Below are positions 25,771 to 38,708 of a stretch of 64,000 nt of DNA, in pieces. The notes beneath the pieces are model-generated. The model did no database searches. It was not told where the DNA came from and worked only from the letters and a program-made list of their open reading frames with translations. The first letter of the stretch is position 1. Each line of letters begins with the position of its first letter. This stretch comes from Puccinia triticina (lineage: Eukaryota), in assembly GCA_026914245.1 (NCBI GenBank), contig CP110439.1, positions 6,944,001 through 7,008,000 on the forward strand, read 5' to 3'. The position numbers and the translations under genes were made by a program.

Positions 25771-26888
25771 AGTTAGAAAAAAAAAACCGTTCTTGAGCAA
25801 CAAATCTACCCATGTTGTGGTCTGTCATGTGTAGTTGGATGGTTTCCCATTGGCATTTAGAGAGCTCTAGATGCCCCTCTAACTCCTAAATTAAGATACC
25901 AGCCAAAACAACAAACAGTGTACATGAAATCAATAAACTACAGGCTTGGGAAAACATTTCCCTTTTTACTAAAAATTAAGAGTTTGGGTGTGTAATCCGG
26001 CACTACCTGATCAGATGTTTGGTCGGGTCGGATGTCAGCAGGGCTCTGTGTACATCTGGCATCTGGCCGGGTGGAAAGTAGGCCCCCGCTGGGCCTCAAA
26101 GTGAGCAAAATTCTTTGTTTTAAACTACAATCACATAACTGCAACCTGCTATCTGGACCAGATTTGCCGGGTTCTGATGTCGGACAAGCTCTACCCAAGC
26201 CCTATGGGCACTGTAGCATGCTAATTCTAACACAATTTGGGACAGTTGGAAAGTTTCTGAGTTGGTACTCCAATTTCCAAAGGTCCAAGGTTCAATTTTG
26301 CGCGCAGGACACAATGGACCCAGCACAAGTTGAAAAGCTAAGATCTGGCGGGTACCTGGTGCCAAGACCAGATTTGCCGGGTTTGGAGGTTGGACAAGGT
26401 CTACCCAAGCCCAATTCTCTGGGTGGCATCCTTACCCAGACATGACCAGAATTCATCCACTGAGGCATCCACATTGGTTGCTTTAAATCTGGCACTAAGC
26501 CAAATTTAGCAATGGAAACACCACGCAAGTGTTGTTAAGTCCCCTGATATTGTTAAAAAAATTGGCTTTTGTTGACAAAGGTTGGCAAATATAGCAAGGG
26601 TGATCAATGATGCTATAAGCTCTCCCCCAGCCAGCTCCGCATTGCTCCAACTGAGTGCAACCCAAGAAGGACATACAGCCCCTCAATTACCATTCATTGA
26701 GAGGACTCAATGCTGCATACTCAAGCCTCTCAGTGAAATGTACAAACTGTTAACTCGTCATTGAGAGGTAAACCCTTGCGATTAGGGATGGCATTTTGTA
26801 CCCAGGTACCCGCCATGGGTGCGGGTACTACCCTAAAATTCCACTCAAATTGGATACCCGCACCCGCTAAAGCAGGTCAAAGCAGGTA

Positions 26889-27162
26889 AAAAAATAATGG
26901 ATAATCAGAATCAATTAATAGATTGACATGTGAAATGAATGATAAGAAATGAAAAAAATGAAGTCCAAAATCCATTCTGAAATTTTGTGGGCAGTGAAAA
27001 CACATCAAAAAGTACAAAACTGCACTCAGCCAACAAAAAACCAGTGTTTGATGTGTTTTCACTGCCCATGAAATTTCAGAATGGATTTTGGACTTCCTTT
27101 CTTCATTTATTATCATTCATTTCACATGTCAATCTATTGATTCTAATTATCCATTATTTTTT
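26889..27162. repeat. AT-rich long inverted repeat
   Basis: Arms longer than 100 bp (ATAATGGATAAT...GATTGACATGTGAAATGAATGATAA...CCAAAATCCATTCTGAAATTT and its reverse complement). Confidence 0.8.
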
Positions 27163-28014
27163 TGGAATGGTATTGAAGATTTTCCAAAATTGTCATTTAA
27201 TGCAAGCAATTCTGTAAATTTTGTGATGTTCCAAATACTTTTTATTTTGTTATATTCATTCTTCTGAATTCATTTTAAACACTTTTCTTGAATGCTCATG
27301 ACTTCAAGTTTATGGGTTGGCCTTCTAGAATGAGCTTTTGGGGGTATGTATCTGTCCAGTGACTGTACATAGTCAAGCCTCACTCAACCCTCTTGATGAC
27401 CGGTATAAATCAATCATTGAGAGGACCCAAGCTGTTCAATGACTGGTCTGGTCATCGAGAGGTTGTATGTTCTCTTGATGACTGGTTAGACCGTTCATCA
27501 AGAGGACAACCGGTCTAACTTAGCTAATTCCCTCCTCGGGGGAGCAAAGCAACCTCCAAAGCAGGGACTTACAGGCTATGTCAACCCTGCAGCAGTAGAG
27601 AATTAGCACTTTTGGCAGAGACTTTTTTTAAAATCAAGCTGCCGTCTTTGTTTCTGAACCTCTTTTTCTCGGGTCAGCCTAAATGCACTCCAAACTTTTA
27701 CTTCATGCACTCCACATTTTTGGCTTTGGGGGGCCAGCACTCCAAAAAAGTTGGAGTGCCTTGATTTTGTACTCCCAAAACATGGAGTCCCCAGATGGGC
27801 ACTCCATGTTTCTTGGAGTACACAACTGGGTACTCCAAAATTGACCAAAATAGGGGAGTGCAGCTAGATGCACTCCAAAAAAAATGGAGTGCAAGTCCAA
27901 GCACTCCACCTTTTCAGTAAAGGATTTTGGCTTTGCACTCCAGCTGGCAAATACCAAATGGAGTGCATTGGGATGCACTCCAAGTCTCCTTTTTTTTGGT
28001 GTGCCCACAGCAAT

Positions 28015-30890
28015 CACACCTCTCAATGACCGGTCTGGACCGGTCATCAAGGGGCACACGACCGGTCATCCAGAGGACTCATACCTCTTGATGAACGGCG
28101 CGGACCGGTCATCAGTCACACCTCTCGATGACCGGTGTGTACCAGTCATCAAGGGGAGGTGCTACTCTTGATGACCGGTAAAGACCGGTCATCGAGGGGA
28201 CTCCCACCTCTTGATGACCAGCGCGGACCGGTCATCAGTCACACCTCCCAATGAACGGCACAGACCAGTCATCAAGAGGACTCACACCTCTCAATGATTG
28301 GTCAGACTGGTCATTGAGGGGACTCACACCCCTCAATGACCAGTCATCACCGGTCATCGAGGTGAGTCACATCTCTTGATGACCGGTCAGACCAATCATC
28401 AAGGGGACTCACACCTCTCAATGACCGGTCATCACTGGTCATCGAGGTGAGTCACATTTCTTGATGACCGGTCTGACCGGTCATCAAGGGTAATAACACC
28501 TCTCAATGACTGGTGTGTACCAGTCATCAAGGGGAGGTGCTACTTTCAATGACCGGCTGGTCTGACCGGTCAGCAAGAGGAGATTTTACTCCCCTTGATG
28601 AACGGCACAGACCGGTCATCAAGAGATGGGACTCACCTCAATGATCGGTGATGACTGGTCATCAAGTGTTATTACCCTTGATGACTGGTGATGACCAGTC
28701 ATCAAGTGTTATTACCCTTGATGACCGGTCTGACCGGTCTGACCGGTCATTGAGAGGTGTCAGCTGGTGTGAGTCCTCTCAATTACCGGTCTGTGCCGGT
28801 CATTGAGAGGTGTGAGTCCCCTCAATGACCGGTCTGTGCCGGTCACCGAGGGGAGTAGCACCTCCTCTCAATGACCGGTCAGACCAACCGGTCATCAAGA
28901 GTAGCACCTCCCCTCAATGACTGGTACACACCGGTCATCCAGAGGAGGTGTTATTCCCCTTGATGACCGGTCTGACCGGTCATTGAGAGATGTGACTCAC
29001 CTCAATGACCGGTGATGACCGGTCATTGAGAGGTGTTATTACCCTTGATGACCGGACTGACCAATCATCAAGAGGTGTGAGCCCTCTTGTCAGCTGGCTA
29101 CTATGTCAGAGCCACCAGGACATAATATCAAAAGCAAACATGAAATATCATTACATAAGAAAGAGACATTATTACTACCATTACTTATACTTACACATAT
29201 AAAACCCGGAATATTATTCCATATTCTTAATCTAAGCCTAATTTAACCTAGGGTACCTCACTTCAAGGTACCCTTAATTGTTATTCCTTCCTTGTGTAAA
29301 TTGACTTCAAAGTTTAACAGGTGCACCACGTCCTGTGTGAATGCATCTGTATGCTTACATACATATGTACATATGCTTATAACACTTCAATAACCGCGAA
29401 ACTGAAGTGTTATGTTTAGTTTAGAAGATAGCCCAACTCAGGTTGAGTTAACTCTAAACCCGCAGGCTGCGCGCTACGTCTAAAGACGGCGCAGAGCCCT
29501 AAAAATGAATGAAACCCTAAGAGGGGCTACCTGTACATTACAGCACGCCCACCAGGGAAATAATGACATCAATTCTGCCCCTCCACGTGAAACACTACAC
29601 ACATTACATAAGCTGTACACATGTAATGATGTCACATGGATGCAAACAGAATATTCCTGACGCACTAAAACAATTCAATACCTAATGCATACACAGTACA
29701 GACCAATTGGGAAGCACTGTGGCCCATTTGAATAAATATGAGACACGTAACAGCTCATCTGCCTGGATGAGGGAATCCTGAACTGTAGGCGCCCACAAAT
29801 GGCCAGTACATATTCCAAAAAGAAGACTAGCTTCTATGGCGCCATCAGCCAGGCTGGAAATCCGCCTGAGGGCGCCCCAAATAGGCTAGTACATCTTCCC
29901 AAAGAAGAATTAGCCCTTGTAGCGTCAACAGCCTGGCCAAAAAGCGCCCACAAGTTGGCCAGTGGCCCTGTAGCTCCCCCAGGCGCCCCAGAGAGCTGCC
30001 ACGGGTATTTAAAGGGCCCTCTGGCCGCCCCAAAAGGCCTTTCCTCACGCTTTTACATACCTACTTGAATTTACCCCCCTTCAACACGTGCTCAATAGCC
30101 TGTTTCTAGCCTGTTAAGTCCCTTAGTAGTTGTTTTTAGCCTCATTTTGTCGCCAGAAACTGCCCAGTGTCCACCAAGCCTTCAGAATCAACCTCTTCAA
30201 GCGCTTTCAACTGCCCAGTTTCTACCCAGAAGAACCTCAAGACTTTAAGGGCTTTTTACTAGTAAGTTCAAACCCCTTTCTCTTGAGATTCTTTGCCATT
30301 CCTTGCTGGGATTTAAACCACACCTGTTTACAGGCCCCAGTGTTTGCTTTTGAGGGATTAAAAACCCCTGATTTTATCAGGCCCCTCTTTATTTAATTAT
30401 ATTAATTTTATTAATATAATTACGCCATTTTTTCATATATTTTACGCCATAATTACCAATATATCCATTGGAATTATCCCTTATACTTTTGTCTTAGAGT
30501 TTTATACTCTTTTATCTTATTCTTGCACCACGTGTAGCTAGAAGGGTTTGTCCTTGGCATCACGTAGGCTGACACCTCTCAATGACCAGTGGTGACTGGT
30601 CATTGAGAGGAGGTGTTATTAGCCTTGATGACCGGTGTGACCAATCATCGAGGTGTGAGTCCCCTCAATGACCGGTCTGTGCCGGTCATCAGGAGGTGTG
30701 ACCGGTCCGCGCCGGTCATCAAGAGGTGTGAGTCCCCTTGGTGACCGGCACAGACGGGTCATCAAGAGGAGATGTTAATGCCCTCGATGACCGGTCTGTG
30801 GTGATTTCCCTCAATGACCAGCGGTCCTGTACAGACCGGTCATTGAGAGGAGATGTTAATCCGCTCAATGCCGGTCTGTACCGGTCATGG
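28015..30890. repeat. Array of ~40-bp palindromic units, split by a solo LTR
   Basis: Unit consensus CTC(G/A)ATGACCGG-N5-CCGGTCATC(G/A)AG plus a short variable linker. Occupies 28015-29087 and 30575-30890. Confidence 0.9.
29088..30574. mobile_element. Solo LTR (~1.49 kb)
   Basis: Termini TGTCAGC...GCTGACA and perfect 5-bp TSD CCTCT. Interrupts an array unit. Confidence 0.9.
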
Positions 30891-31194
30891 ATATCAGGAG
30901 GATAGAGTGGGGTGTGTTTGTACATAGCCCGGTTGAAGTTGTAGGCACTCCAGCCAGAGCCAGAGTGCACAGTACTGCACTCCCCTTTTGAGGAGGAGAA
31001 ATATCAGGAATGGAGTGCTGGGGGAATGCACTCCAATCTGATGGAGTGAGACTCATGGGCACTCATTAGATTTCCTGGCCACTGGAGTTCTTTGTGGTGC
31101 ACTCCAAAAAGTCTTGAGTCCCCAGTTCTGCACTCCAATTGACTTGGAGTACTCTAGTCTGTAATCCAACAATCATTGGAGTGCACACTCCATA

Positions 31195-31681
31195 CAATGG
31201 TGTATCCGCTGCGCTGCATATAGCATAGCGAAGCGGTTAGCGCAGCAATTTTTTGGGTCGCTGCGCTACGCGCTACGCGCAGCGGGCAGATCGCTGCGCT
31301 ACGCGCTTTTTGATTTTTCTGGAAAAAAAATCAAAAAATAGCGCGCTAAAGAAGCAATCACGTAGCGGTCAGCGCCGCTTTTCTCCATGCCATGTGGGAT
31401 CCAAAAAAAAAAAGGAAAAAGGGTTTAACATACATAAAAACATGTTTAGAACATAAAACTGTTCCGCTATCTGCTAATTTAGGCTAATTTAGCGGGTAGC
31501 GTAGCAAATTTTCGCTTTTGCTAATGGCCCTGGGAGGGTAGCGGACAATCGCTGCGCATAGCGAGTAGCGCAGCAGTGTTCTTGCTGCGCTATTGCTTTT
31601 TGGTCTGGTCACGTAGCGGTCAACCACTGCGCTACGCTAAAAGGCCGCTTTTTTTAGCGTAGCGCAGCGGATACACCGTTG
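31195..31681. mobile_element. hAT-type MITE nested in the Mutator-like element
   Basis: TIR CAA(T/C)GGTGTATCCGCTGCGCT, flanked on both sides by CTCCATA. Confidence 0.85.
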
Positions 31682-34567
31682 CTCCATACACTCACTTTTG
31701 GAGTGCTTTTGGGATTTTTTTGGAGTGCATTTAGGCTGACCCTTTTTTCTCTAATTTACATTTCTGGGATGGCTTAAGCTGTCCCCTTCTTTCGACTATT
31801 TTTTCTCATCCTCAACTCCTCTGGTGGAGCTGCAATCATAGCTGTAACATTATCAATTTCAGATTCTGTACAGTGCAAAATGTGGAATGCACAATGAAGT
31901 GGGCACTTGTCAGTCACAAAAAAGGACTTCATGGGGCACCCAAGGCCCCAAAAAGTTTGTAAAATATGTACAAAGAAACTCCATGATGTTGTGCACATTT
32001 TGCTCCCCCAAAATTATATTACGTGGTGACAAATGGCGCGTCCAGAGAGGATTGAAAAACATCATTTTTCTAATTCTCTACTGCCACGGGGTTGACATAG
32101 CGAAGTCCCTCTTTTGCAGGGTCCCTGCGGGACGGTGTCCCCCCTCCAATAAAGGGACTCAGTTAAGTTAGACAACCGGTCATCGAGAGGACCCTCCGAG
32201 AGAAGGCATGGGTGGTCTGGTCTACCAAAACCCGTCGGTTGAAGAGCCTGAACTGGCGAGCTTAACCAAGCCTCTCTGGAGGAGAGCCCTGCAGGGTATC
32301 TGTCTAACAGAGAGGCTTGCCCCCAAGAGGCAAATTCTGGCGTGAGAGCTGACAGACCGTAGTCCTCGCCAACACCCAAATTCCACTAAATCAATGCCTA
32401 CACATTTTTCACACAACATACGGGGTCATGAGTAGCACGGCCTTGTAGCCTGGCTGCTTGCGCAGCCAGCCATCCATCCATCATCTATCCATCCCCCCAG
32501 AGCAGTGCTAGACATCCTTTCAAAAAACACAATGAGCTGTTTTCCAAAAGTCAAACTCTTGTTTTTTTTTCACTCCTGTACACTCCACTATCCAATAAAC
32601 TTGCTGTATCCTACCTGTACTGTGACAAAAACATAGTACAGAAGCCACCATAACTGTACACTTTGGCATGTGTATTTAGCTCTTATGTACTTGCCTTGCA
32701 TGTACAAAGGTACGGACAATCCAAGAATCTTGGTAAGATGATGTTACAAGCTTTGTAACTTCAAGACTGTTTGAGCTAATGACATGTGATCTATGTAGGA
32801 TTGAAGGCAAGATGCAGGCCTTCAATCTGGCACCAGGGCGGCCTGATTGGCCCGCAGGAGGCAAATTTAGTGTTGTGTTGAAGTTTGACACCAGCCAAAT
32901 GGTTGGAGGTGGTCCGCAGCGCTCACGCCAAATTTCCCCGCTTACATACTCCCAAGTCCCTCCTTCGGAGGCTCGCGCTTCGCGCGAGGGGCGCCAGCCT
33001 GCCAACTCAGAAGGGAGGACTAAGTTCGCTGAACTGGATGCCTTGGCAAGCTCAACGGCCCCTTGGCCAATGCATCCGCGATACTCCTTGCTGTCGGCAC
33101 TGAAGCATATCCCAACGCCGGCGGCTTCGTTCTTGCCGGGTTCTCAAGCGAGCCTAACAGGGTCTTCTGCGCCAAATCCATCTCATTCATGAAACAGACC
33201 GGGGACAGTCCCTCTCAGCCAGCAAGGCTGCATTCTTCCGGTTGACAAGACCTAGGTGTGCAGCATAGGGGACCCCGGGTGCACCTCTTGAGTCCCTGTT
33301 GTACATACAAAATGCGTTACCATTAACGAGTAACGGGCCTTTTTCCCGTTACCATTAAGCTCCGTTACTGCCACGAGGGAAAAGTTGAATTAGAGACTCC
33401 AATAAACAACGTATCAAAACAAAGAAACAAAAAGAGGAAAAAAACGACTATCGGTAACGCGCTGCCGTTACTGGTAACGGTAACGGTAACGCGCAAAAAT
33501 CGATAAGTTGCCGTTACTGGTATCGTATCTACCCAGTGTTGCTGCGCGTCGTCTGGACGGGCAGGATCTTCATCCATTGCTCCCGCCGTGTATGTTGTTT
33601 GAAAGATGAGAGAGAGAACAATCAAGCCCTGTTCTTTGCAAAATCAGTTGAAATCAGTTGTGGTGTGAAAGGCGGACAAGGGGACGAGGCTTGGAAAGAA
33701 GGGAGTTGGGAGCGATTGGATCAGAGTAGATAAGGTTTTAAAATAGATTTGTCGTCTAATTCAATGAATTTTACGATCAGGTCTGTGAATATATTTGGTT
33801 TCATCTTGTGTAATGGTCCGTAGGATCTGGGAGGAGAAAACGATAGGGAAGAAGTGATGGAAGGAAAGGCTTACGGTTGAGCAGAAGTGAGGACTGCCAC
33901 CATGGATGAGACTACCATGGATGAGACTGCCAGGTTGCGGGAGTCGAGCGGCGATCGGCTGGGGACAACTGACGAGCTTTTATCTTGGCGGTGTCGCCCC
34001 CACAAAAGCAAAACGGCGGCCTGCTTGTGGTTTCCAAGCGCAGACGAGATTGCATTTTTTACAGCGTCCGCAGCCGCAAGGAAGCCGATGGGCCGCAGAG
34101 TCGGTGAACCGCGCACACTTGAAACCTTGAGCCGTGCGGGATATCCGGTAGACAATCCGGGATAGCTGGTAGATGACCGCGGATCACACCAGATATCTAA
34201 GATCCGAGGTATCCAAGCCCGCGGCTGTGGACGGATATTCCTCAACCCCACATTATCATAACTTTGGCACACTCCTATGTATAGGGATGGCAATTGGGCG
34301 GGCCCAGCAACAGGCCAGGTTTGGGTTGGCTGTTGGGGGAAATTTGCAATGTCAGCCCAACCCAACAGACCCACAACCTCAAGCTTAACTAAGCCTGTAC
34401 AGGCTGGAAGCAGTATCAAGCAGCAGAGCTGTCCACACCAGGGGAGGCCTATGCCTTGAATGTCATAATTCCCACATGATGATTTTTTTATTTGGGCTGA
34501 AAACCCTTTATTTTGCCTTTCTCAGCCTGTAGCTGCTTTGCTGTTCACATCATGATCCACCCAAAAG

Positions 34568-34956
34568 CAACAAAGGGTAGTTACGTTACGTTGTGTTATC
34601 CGCGCAATTTTGGTAACATAACTACCCCCGTTATCCGGGGCCCCCTGTTACTTTACTAGTAACGGGGTCATTTCAGGCCCCGCGCGTAATGTAACGGGCC
34701 TGATTTTTGAGGCCCGTTATCGCGTTATCCCCCGGATAACGCGATAACGGACCATTTAAGGCTTTTTAGCCTCATTTTTTGCCTGTTCTCAAGGGCTCTG
34801 CGCGCCCGGATAACGCAACGAGTATAAAAAAAACCAGCTCAACGTGTTGCAATAACGTAATCGCACTGCCGTTACGCGTAACGCGTAGATAACGACGAAA
34901 ATTTTGTTACGTTACCGTTATCTATGCGTTACGCGTAGCGTAACTACCCTTCGTTG
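34568..34956. mobile_element. hAT-type MITE (CGTTA-rich)
   Basis: TIR CAAC(A/G)AAGGGTAGTTACG, flanked on both sides by CCAAAAG. Confidence 0.85.
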
Positions 34957-35539
34957 CCAAAAGTCAATTCTAAGGCCTTTTTCAAGATTTTTTCAAGTCT
35001 GGCAAGTTGTACAGGACTCATGGGTATCCCCTGAGAATCAGAGCAAATTCTTCATTTTTAAAAAAATGGATCATAAAGGCCTTGAAATTAGCTCTAAATT
35101 TATACTTTTATCCTATTGTGAACCCCCCTAATAAAGACATACTTCTTGTTACTTTTTTTGATCACTGCTCATTATTTTTATAATGATTTTTGAAAACCAT
35201 CAGTTTTGTGTCCTGATATGACTTGTTTTGGTGTGCCTGGGCTGCTTGATCCACTTGTCTCAGTGTAAAAAAGTTCAAACTGTGATTTTATAAGGACTAG
35301 AATTCATGGCGGCTATGCCGCACTTTCAAGTGTCCAGCTCACCACCAGTGTGGCAGTGATTATCTCTCCTACATCTTCTACAACTAAGGCTGCGGAGTCA
35401 ATCCAATTGTCTGCCCAAATTTACAACACATCTTCACCCTCCCTATAGAACCTTTGTTATCATACACTAATAATGATCTACGTGTTACGCGCAGCAGCGG
35501 TGCAATTAACTTATTGCACCACATTAAGCCGTTTTTTTC

Positions 35540-35797
35540 ATGCTCATTGCGTTATCCTGGCGCGCAGAGCCCCTGAGAATGGGCAAAAAATGCGGCTAAA
35601 AAGCCTTAAACGGTCTGTTATTGCGTTATCCCCCGGATAACGCGATAACGGGCCTCAAAAATGAGGCCCGTTACGTTACGCGCGGGGCCTAAAATGGCCC
35701 CGTTACTAGTAAAGTAACAGGGGGCCCCGGATAACGGGGATAGTTACGTTACCAAAATTGCGCGGATAACGCAACGTAACGTAACTACCCTTTGTTG
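35540..35797. mobile_element. Truncated inverted copy of the 34568-34956 MITE
   Basis: Reverse-complement match to about 34568-34820, ending GTAACTACCCTTTGTTG. Confidence 0.8.
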
Positions 35798-35849
35798 CCT
35801 TGTCCCTACCTAGATTAGATTGTCAAACTTTCCCAATGCCCCTTATCTT

Positions 35850-36900
35850 CTGATTTGTGCGCGCTCTGCTGCAACAGATTTTCATTTGTGATATCTTTGT
35901 TGAGATTCCAGATCCTTCTATTCATTTTCATATCATATTCATTACTGCCCTCACCCACAAGTTGTTGACATGTACATAGCCTAGTCCATTTCAATCAACT
36001 CATTGGTTCTTTTCTCATCTTCTCCGCGCCATCATCTGAGCCGCATCCGGTGAGCACTCCCATCTCAAGCTCTTGAGCTCATCTTTGAGTATCCTCTGAG
36101 ATTGTGTTAATCAATAATTATTTTAACAAGTTCAGTCACCAACAAAACCTCATGATAATAGGGGGTTTCACAATAAGGAAACCTGGGAAAGTTTTTGAGC
36201 GCTTGCGAGTATTGTTATGAGGATGCTCAGGGCAATTTCTTGCGGGACTTCACACCAAATTTTTAAGCAAGTATGTCACCTGCGAGTAAAGAAATTTAGT
36301 GCTGTGGAAAGCAAAAATGCTTATTGCAAAACCCCCTAATTGTTCTCAGGCCAATTCAGTGCCTTCACTGATTGGAGACAAACTCATATTGTACAACTTC
36401 AGGCAACAATGGGAAGTTACTTATGTTATGTTATCCAGAGGGATTTGTTGGATTTCCATTTCTTCCTTCTGCCTCTTCTCCTCTCAACAGTCCTTGTGTG
36501 CCATTCCATCTTGTCTTATGCTTGTCTCCACCTGTGTTGTCCCATAAGTTGTGGTCATACTAGCTTGTCTTAACAGCCTTGTGACATCAATCCCTGACTG
36601 TACTTGCCTGATTAGTTTTCCATTTATGTTTGACACTCTTCTGCGCGCGCTCTGCCTTTGATTGCCCGAATGTCACCAATCTCTCCCAGAGCTCCATATG
36701 TTTCCATTCCCTTCTATGAATATTCATTTTCACTCACACCCACAAACTGATACATTGTACTTAGTCTATATATACATAGCTTAGCACATAACAATCAACT
36801 CATTGTTTCTTCTTCTTCATTATCCGCGCCTCCTATCAGAGCCGATCCGGTGAGCTCTTATCCCCTCACTGTCCCTTCTTGAGCCCAAAGGCTCATCTCA
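35850..36900. repeat. Two diverged direct repeats, possibly LTR remnants (~35850-36085 and ~36640-36900)
   Basis: Shared GCGCGCTCTGC, CAATCAACTCATTG, TCCGCGCC, ATCCGGTGAGC and GCTCATCT in the same order. No TSD found. Confidence 0.5.
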
Positions 36901-37887
36901 GTGCTTTCTTTGTGCGGCGGTCTTCACTTGAAATCCCTTCAGGATTTTCATAATGTAACTTACCACGTTTACCAGATAACACATTATTTTGATCTGGTAA
37001 AATGTGCCTGTGAATGTTTGGATAACATAATGGAGGGGGCTTTCCCCCTCAATACCACAAAAAATAATGCCAGTAACGCGCTAACAGTGTTATCTGGCAC
37101 AAAAATACTGGGAAATGGGCAAAAACCCCGTGTTATCTGCATTTTATCCCCCTAAGATTGTGGTCCTAAGATTGCAGTGGATAATGTGATGGGTCTAATC
37201 AGGAAAAAAATAGAAAATTAATGTAACTGAAATATTGTTGCCATTAGCGCAACAATAACCACACCAATTAAGTTACGTCATCCGTTACTTTTTGTTACAT
37301 ATAATGTAACTTCCCATTGTTGCTTCAGGTTGGATTGGTTTGTTGAAAGATTTTGCAGGAACTCACAAACCGGCAAGCAGTGGACCTTGGAGGAAAGGGA
37401 CTGTGCTTATTGGAGTTAGCTAGTAGAAGGGAGTTGCTTAGAAGCACTGGCATGGTGTTGGCTACAGCAGGGTCTGTGGGGGTGAGCGGGTTCCAAGGAG
37501 GCCAAGGTTCTTCTGGTCCCCCCACTGCTTCTGCTGCTGTTGGAATACAGTTTTGAGTGCATTCTGGGCCTAGCCAAAGGCATTAAAGGCCTCAAAGATG
37601 AGCTGTGTCTCTGCCACCCAGCACCGCGGGAGCTTCCTGTGGTGCTAAAATTTTGCCATGTTTAGCAATATCCTGAGAGCTAAACTTGGCTTTCACCAAG
37701 CACGGCCGAGTGCTCCTACTTAAGTTAGTGGCTGGGTGTCTGGGGGTGTGCATTTGGAGCAGTGAGATGTCACCAAAAAATGAGGTGTCACAGTAGCTAT
37801 TGGGGAGCTCAGAGCCAGGTGTTGCTATGTTTGGCACTGCCTGAGCTCCCAAGGCTCCTAACACCCTGGATAGCGACCCGGGTGATT

Positions 37888-37973
37888 CAGCCATCTTCAG
37901 CACCATAATACCATTATATCACTTTTGACCAATATGAAGTGATATAATGGTATTATGGTGCTGAAGATGGCTG
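37888..37973. repeat. Perfect 37-bp inverted repeat with a 12-nt loop
   Basis: CAGCCATCTTCAGCACCATAATACCATTATATCACTT (37888-37924) and its exact reverse complement (37937-37973). Confidence 0.95.
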
Positions 37974-38330
37974 GATAAGTTGATTCTGGGTTCACAGTTG
38001 AAGAGACCAGCACTATAGGTTGCCTACAAAAAAAATTTGGAGGCTAAACGTTGAATTTTGTATTTTTTATTGAATTAACCGGTGATTATATCACCTATAT
38101 TTATATCAGTGCCAAACGGGGCCTGTTCTGCCAAAAAAGGCGAGAATTTCTTCTAATTTGTCAAAACCCCGAGCTGTTTTGATTTCTGGATCACTTCATG
38201 CATGTCTGTGTTGCTGCCGAGCGCCCTGACAAAGAGATTATTGTTGACCCACCGGAAAACAGCTACCAGATCAGAATACGCCTTCATTATCGATTTCCAA
38301 GCGTCTGCTGGCCGGCCAAAAGACCCGCAG

Positions 38331-38363
<33 letters not shown>

Positions 38364-38584
38364 CAAAATATATCCGTGTGTCTAGCAAGAAATTCCCCTC
38401 AAAATCCTTTACCAATAGGTATCTCCATTGGTCCATTCTGGTGGGAATTTGCCGGTAGGCTTTTTCCCAATCAAAAAGGTCAGATAGCACCGCAGAATAG
38501 CACCCGCGGATGTTTCAGCTGGCGCACGAGTTGCAAAATGAATATAAGTGAATTCATGTAGCCCAATTGCAATGGGTTTTCACA

Positions 38585-38621
<37 letters not shown>

Positions 38622-38708
38622 CTTCGCTTCTAAGACTTCATGCTCTGCATTCACCTGTCTAACATCAATTGGGATATTTTCGCGTAGGTTCAAATCCTGC
38701 CGTTGTCG
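38585..38708 (+). tRNA. tRNA-Ser(AGA) with 42-nt intron (38622-38663)
   Basis: Acceptor GACAACG/CGTTGTC, D-arm GCCGAGCGGTTAAGGC, anticodon stem ATTGA/TCAAT with CT-AGA-A, intron at the canonical position, long variable arm, T-arm GTAGG-TTCAAAT-CCTGC, discriminator G, TTTT downstream. Confidence 0.93.

Larger units (their letters stand above)
27671..31742. mobile_element. Non-autonomous Mutator-like element with nested insertions
   Basis: 24-bp TIR GGGTCAGCCTAAATGCACTCCAAA. 9-bp flanks CTTTTTCTC / TTTTTTCTC match at 8 of 9. GCACTCCA/TGGAGTGC subterminal repeats at both ends. Confidence 0.8.

Noticed and set aside
28015..30890. CRISPR array
   Set aside because: Eukaryotic context, linkers are short and recurrent rather than unique spacers, the array inverts internally, and there are no cas genes.
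32676..34459. ORFs of 100-180 aa on both strands
   Set aside because: Interrupted by hairpin modules and MITE fragments, with no recognisable domain.
38337..38364. Poly-C run as a polyproline or polyglycine gene
   Set aside because: Homopolymer with no coding context. Its length may be an assembly artefact.
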